DNA of 64,000 nucleotides from Octopus sinensis. Lineage: Eukaryota. Position numbers and translations under genes: made by a program. The notes under the pieces were generated by a model. That model was not told the DNA's origin. It saw only the letters and a list, made by a program, of their open reading frames with translations, and ran no database searches. Of the stretch, positions 59,070 through 64,000 are shown in pieces (position 1 is the first letter of the stretch; every line of letters starts with the position of its first letter). The DNA is taken from NCBI RefSeq assembly GCF_006345805.1, contig NC_043014.1, positions 32,612,001 to 32,676,000 on the forward strand, read 5' to 3'.

Positions 59070-59330
59070 TACTATGACTAAAACTTCAAATCAAAGTTAC
59101 ATAATCATTTACACACCTTTAAGAGAGAAGATAAGATCAAATCAACATCATTAGCAGCAAAAATCTGAGAATTGAAAAGACCTGGTATTGATTACACAAT
59201 TTCTTGGTCTGTTGTGAGAAACTCTATGCAATAGTGATGGCAGCAGTTGTTTTCTGTTGCATGGAAATTCTCAAAATGTTTTGCTGTTTGAAGACTCTCA
59301 TTAATAGATTTTTGTGATATTTAATATTTA
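59067..59330 (+). mobile_element. Penelope-like element GIY-YIG endonuclease C-terminal remnant
   Basis: HNHLHTFKREDKIKSTSLAAKI*ELKRPGIDYTISWSVVR...SSCFL(C)CME matches the PLE pattern H--SF----K--ST-LS--IW-LK----Y-I-W-I...C-LC--EK. Confidence 0.7.
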
Positions 59331-59464
59331 CTATAATACAATTTGTTGTGTCTCTTAAATGTAATAAAACTAAGCAGTAACAATTGCAATATTTAATAGC
59401 ATTAATTAATATAATATGTTGATAATAAAATTTATAACAATAATAGCTGTAATAATTTTAATAA

Positions 59465-59665
59465 TGATTTCAAATTTTGGCACAAGGCACGCAATTTCAG
59501 ATGAGGGAGTAAGTCGATTACATCAATCCCAGTGCGAAACTGGTACTTATTTTTTCGACCCCAAGAGGATAAAAGGCAAAGTCAACTCCAGCAGAATTTG
59601 AATCCAGAACATAAAGACAGACGAAATGTAGCTAAGCATTTTGTCCAGCATGCTAACAATTCTGG
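59465..59665 (-). mobile_element. SINE family B
   Basis: TTTCAAATTTTGGCACAAGG...CTGGTACTTATTTTTTCGACCCC...AAAGGCAAAGTCAAC. Confidence 0.8.
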
Positions 59666-59779
59666 CAGTTAACATCGAACTCAACACATTTACCTTTAAT
59701 GATAGTAATGACAACAATTTAGTCAGGTATTTTACTAGCCCAGTAGATGGCTGTAAAATAATAATTTTTTTTTTCATTC

Positions 59780-60190
59780 AGGTGCAGGAGTGGCTGTGTG
59801 GTAAGTAGCTTGCTTATGAACCACATGGTTCTGGGTTCAGTCCCACTTTGTGGCACCTTGGGCAAGTGTCTTCTACTATAGCCTTGGGCCAACCAAAGCC
59901 TTGTGAGTGGATTTGGTAGATGGAAACTGAAAGAAGCCTGTCATATATATGTATTTATATATGTATGTGTGTGTATATGTTTGTGTGTCTGTGTTTGTCC
60001 CCTCGACATTGCGTGACAACCAATGCTGGTGTGTTTATGTCCCTGTAACTTAGTGGTTCAGCAAAAGAGACCGATAGAATAAGTACTAGGCTTACAAAGA
60101 ATAAGTCCTGGGGTTGATTTGCTTGACTAAAGGCGGTGCTCCAGCATGGCCACAATCAAATCACTGAAACAAGTAAAAGAGTAAAAGAAT
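59780..60190 (+). mobile_element. SINE family A, full length
   Basis: GGTGCAGGAGTGGCTGTGTGGTAAG...GAAACAAGTAAAAGAGTAAAAGAA. Confidence 0.9.
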
Positions 60191-61491
60191 TATTTTAATT
60201 CATTATTTAGAGCAGCACTTTCTTTGCTTGCAATCACTATGTTAATTGATGATAAATTCTTGGTTAAGTTGTTCATATCATATCTTTGCCTTGAGTCAAT
60301 GTGTTTTTCAGATAATCTTTTATGAAATATATTTTGAATATGCTTTAATAGAATATTCAATTCCAATTTATTAATATAGCATTAGCCCACTCTTTTTCTA
60401 TACCACAAATCATGTTGAATTTCTTTTGATTAGTAATACAGGTTATATATAATTATTTCTCTTTATAACTAATATACCCAATAATTTTTATATATTTCTT
60501 AAATATTTTCCAGGTTTAACTACTTACATTATTTTACTTGAATTTCAAATCTATTTCACACCAAACTCCAACATAATTACATCATTTTGTGTACTTCATT
60601 ATTTCATTATTATTTTGTTTAATTTTATACTCTAAATCTCACCATATATAAATAAACACACACACACACACACACATGTGTGTGTGTGTGTGTATATATA
60701 AGTTTATATATGTATATGTTTGTATATATATGTTTATATATATGTATATATATATGTAAAATATGTGTATGTGTGTGGTGTATATGTAGGGGGGGAACGT
60801 TTGTGTTTGTATGTTTGTATTTATGCATATATGTTTGTTTGTAAACATCACTTAAAGATAAAACTTGTTGATTATCTATTATTTCAAGAAGTGAGGCATT
60901 CTTGTTTCAAAACTTTGGTCAAGTTGAATGGTCAGCTGTTTTGCATTAAGGGTAAAAGTTGAAGTTCACAACTCATCATTAATTAACCATCAAGACTCCA
61001 ACATATGAACAGAAAATGACAATTAAGCATGTGCTACTGTAGTTGTATGAAATTGAGATGTTTGATTGACTGGTCACCAAATTCAGTATCTTCACCCCAA
61101 ACTGAATTTTTCTTGTTTCCTGTTGATTTACTATAAATTTTCTCTCCCTCATAAAATTATTGTATTTCACCAAAATATTTGGAGACTATCATGAAATATA
61201 TTTGGCAGAAGATCACATAAGGACATGGAATGGTTATGTCACAATACAAATTTATATACTGCTGACTAGTAAGTTATGCAATGGACTTGTATTATGGAAA
61301 CATGTGCAGTTATGTTTTGAGCTATCCATTCATTTCTGTTTTCATTTGCATCATCAGCAAACTTTGCAATGCACTTTGTCTATGTGTAACAGGCCATTGC
61401 CTTGCTGATGACTTTCAGAAACCTTGTGAGTGAGTTTCATTGACAGAAACTGAAAGAAGCTTCTTGCATATGTATATACATATATATACTA

Positions 61492-61700
61492 CGGGGTACT
61501 GCAAAGCACCTGGCTTTGGGAAAACGAATATACAGGAGAATCAATTATGATTTTATTCAATATATTGCTCTCTCAGCTCCACACATTTATTGTTGCAGTC
61601 CTTAATTTTTCTAAGCCCTGTAAAAGAACTTGGAAGGTTGAGCATCCAACCAGGCCTTTCATGGTACCCTAAAAACCAGGAACTTTTCAGCACTCTCTCA
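61492..61700. mobile_element. About 210-bp mariner-derived MITE
   Basis: Degenerate TIRs TA|CGGGGTACTGCAAAGCACCTGGCTTT and AAAACCAGGAACTTTTCAGCACTCTCTCA. Sits directly after a SINE A 5'-half remnant and its TA linker (61420-61490). Confidence 0.6.
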
Positions 61701-61839
61701 CATAAATGTGTGCGTGTACATGTGTGTTTACATATATGTGTACACATAAGTATGTGTATGCATATTTGTGTGTGTATGCTTATAACATTGCAAAATAGTC
61801 ACCTTCATACAAACAGTGTCATTTATTTTCAATATTCCA

Positions 61840-62040
61840 TGCAACACGTCTGACGATGAGGAAATATCACCTTGCTTGGAAATAGGTATGGGTTGATGAC
61901 AGGAAGTGTGGTCAGCCACAACAACCATGCCAAAGGAGAAATGGGAACTCAATGCAGTCCTTGGACACATCAGTTCTTGCCAAACCAGCCAACCCATGCC
62001 AGCATGTAAAATGGACATTAAATGAATGATGATGATGGTG
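61840..62040 (+). mobile_element. SINE family C, degenerate
   Basis: GGGTTGATGACAGGAAG...CAACCCATGCCAGCATG...(GAT)n. Confidence 0.6.
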
Positions 62041-62257
62041 ATATGTTTGTGTGTGTGTGTGTGTGTGTGTACAGAGAACCTGCTGTTGGAACTCAGTATA
62101 CATATGCTTTATTCTAAAGCATTGGATGAGTACAGAAAGTAATATGAAATTAATGGAATGACAGGCAGCAGAAATCACATAAGATGATTATGTAATTCCT
62201 TTTCCCATGTCAATCCATTAATTTTATTTAATAATATGTGTATATATGCCAACATAT

Positions 62258-62422
62258 ACAGGCACAGGAATGGCTGTGTGGTAAGAAGCTTACTTCTCAA
62301 CCACATTGTTTCGGATTCAGTCCCACCTTGGGCAGGTGCTTTCCACTATAGTCTCAGGCCAACCAAAGCCTTGTGGGTGGATGAATTTGGTAGATGGAAA
62401 CCCATCTTATATATACACACAC

Positions 62423-62457
<35 letters not shown>

Positions 62458-62695
62458 TGTATGTATGTATGTTATGTATGTATGTATGTGTGTCTGTGTT
62501 TGTTCCCCCACCATTGCTAGACAACTGATGTTGGTGTGTTTACGTCCCTGTAACTTGGCAGTTTGGCAAAGGAGACCGATGGAATAAGTATTGGGCTTAC
62601 AACGAATAAGTCCTGGATATGACTTGTTTGACTAAAGGCGGTGCTCCAGCATGCCCACAGTCAAATGACTGACACAAATAAAAGACTATAAGAAT
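62258..62695 (+). mobile_element. SINE family A with (TATG)n linker
   Basis: GGCACAGGAATGGCTGTGTGGTAAG...GACTAAAGGCGGTGCTCCAGCATG...GACACAAATAAAAG. Confidence 0.85.
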
Positions 62696-63416
62696 ATATG
62701 AACGACAACAGCGATGATGATATATATATATATATTCTGCATATATTTTCTATGCATATATTCTATATATATATGGATACATACACACACACCACACACA
62801 TATGCACGTGAATGCATGTACAAGCGTGTAGGAAGTGGAAGGTAGTTTATTACTCTATTTAGGCTGTTATGAGGGTTGATATATAAAAGTCTGTGAATAA
62901 ATAAGATTCTGAGCATGGGTAAATGTTTTTATGCAAGGTCCTTTTACAATATGCTGGGGTAAATAATCTTTTAGAAATATCTAATGAAAAAAATGGTCGG
63001 TAGGGTTGTAATTTTATTTATTTGTTTGATTTATGTAAATTTTAACATATTAATATATTGTATTTAATTGATGTCGCTTCTAAATATGTGTATGGACATG
63101 AGTGTGTGTATTTGTATATATGTATATATATATGTGTGTATGTATGTATGTATGTATGTATGTATGTATGTATGTATGTATGTATGTATGTATGCATGAA
63201 TGTATGTATGCATGTATGTATGTATATGTGTGTGTATATGCATATATATATGTATGTATGTAAGTATGTATGTATTAATAATATATAATATATGTATATA
63301 CTCATACATACTCACAAACACACAATTCTATATACATACACATATACTCACACATAGACAGGCAGACAGACAGATAGATAGATAAATAGATAAACAGATA
63401 TATATATAATATATAT

Positions 63417-63484
<68 letters not shown>

Positions 63485-63857
63485 ATATGTATTTATGTAT
63501 GTATATGTATGTATGTATGTATGTATGTATATGCACATACACACACACGCATGCATATACATGACTTTTTGAAGTGGGTTTCTTCTAAAGCGGTTTCATT
63601 TTTTGCTATATATATTTTCCCCATAGCATATATTATGCTAGCAGGATATTTTTCATTCATGAAAGGGTTATTCTTATATTCAGAATTAAAAACTGGTATT
63701 CAATCACACACACATACACATACACTCATAAAAACATATCGCACACAGACACATACACACTCACACATGCACGCACAAACACAAATTAACACAGATGCTC
63801 ATACACATACGTATGCTCAAATATGTGTATTTATGTGTATGTGTGCATGTATGTATG

Positions 63858-63892
<35 letters not shown>

Positions 63893-64000
63893 ACATATCT
63901 ATGTGTAAAACATATATATATAATATATACGTATATATATATAAACGTATATATATATATATATATAATATATATAATATATATATACATTTGTAAATAT

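Noticed and set aside
60190-60600. Protein-like minus-strand translation with an about 55-codon open stretch
   Set aside because: The adjoining frame has the stop density expected for random AT-rich DNA and needs a frameshift; no motif recognised.
1-64000. Dozens of ORFs rich in IY, CV, YLSI, poly-H/T/I/G
   Set aside because: They are translations of (TA)n, (TG)n, (TATC)n, (CATA)n and trinucleotide repeats that lack stops in some frames; no domain content.

Overview
Eukaryotic, AT-rich, repeat-dominated 64 kb window. I find no intact host gene, rRNA/tRNA gene or CRISPR array. The SINE and LINE families look like those of octopus (coleoid cephalopod); this is recognition from memory, not a database result. 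Nearly all ORFs in the track are microsatellite translations. Supported content: about 40 copies of at least four SINE-like families; a Tc1 element and five mariner-type remnants; an internally deleted Ty3/Gypsy element with both LTRs, a 5-bp TSD and a PBS; fragments of Tx1, RLE-type (R4/Dong-like), RTE and Penelope-like retroelements; two long-TIR non-autonomous elements; a 23-bp minisatellite with higher-order structure; and two near-identical tandem duplications that may be assembly artefacts. The most interesting signal is that different mobile elements sort onto different microsatellites: Tx1 in (TATC)n, R4/Dong-like in (AAT)n, a second RLE element in (ACAT/AGAT)n, and Tc1/mariner and hairpin-ended units in (TA)n. 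In addition, the (TA)n/(CA)n linker inside one SINE family repeatedly receives further insertions. SINE and decayed-LINE boundaries are approximate (read by eye).
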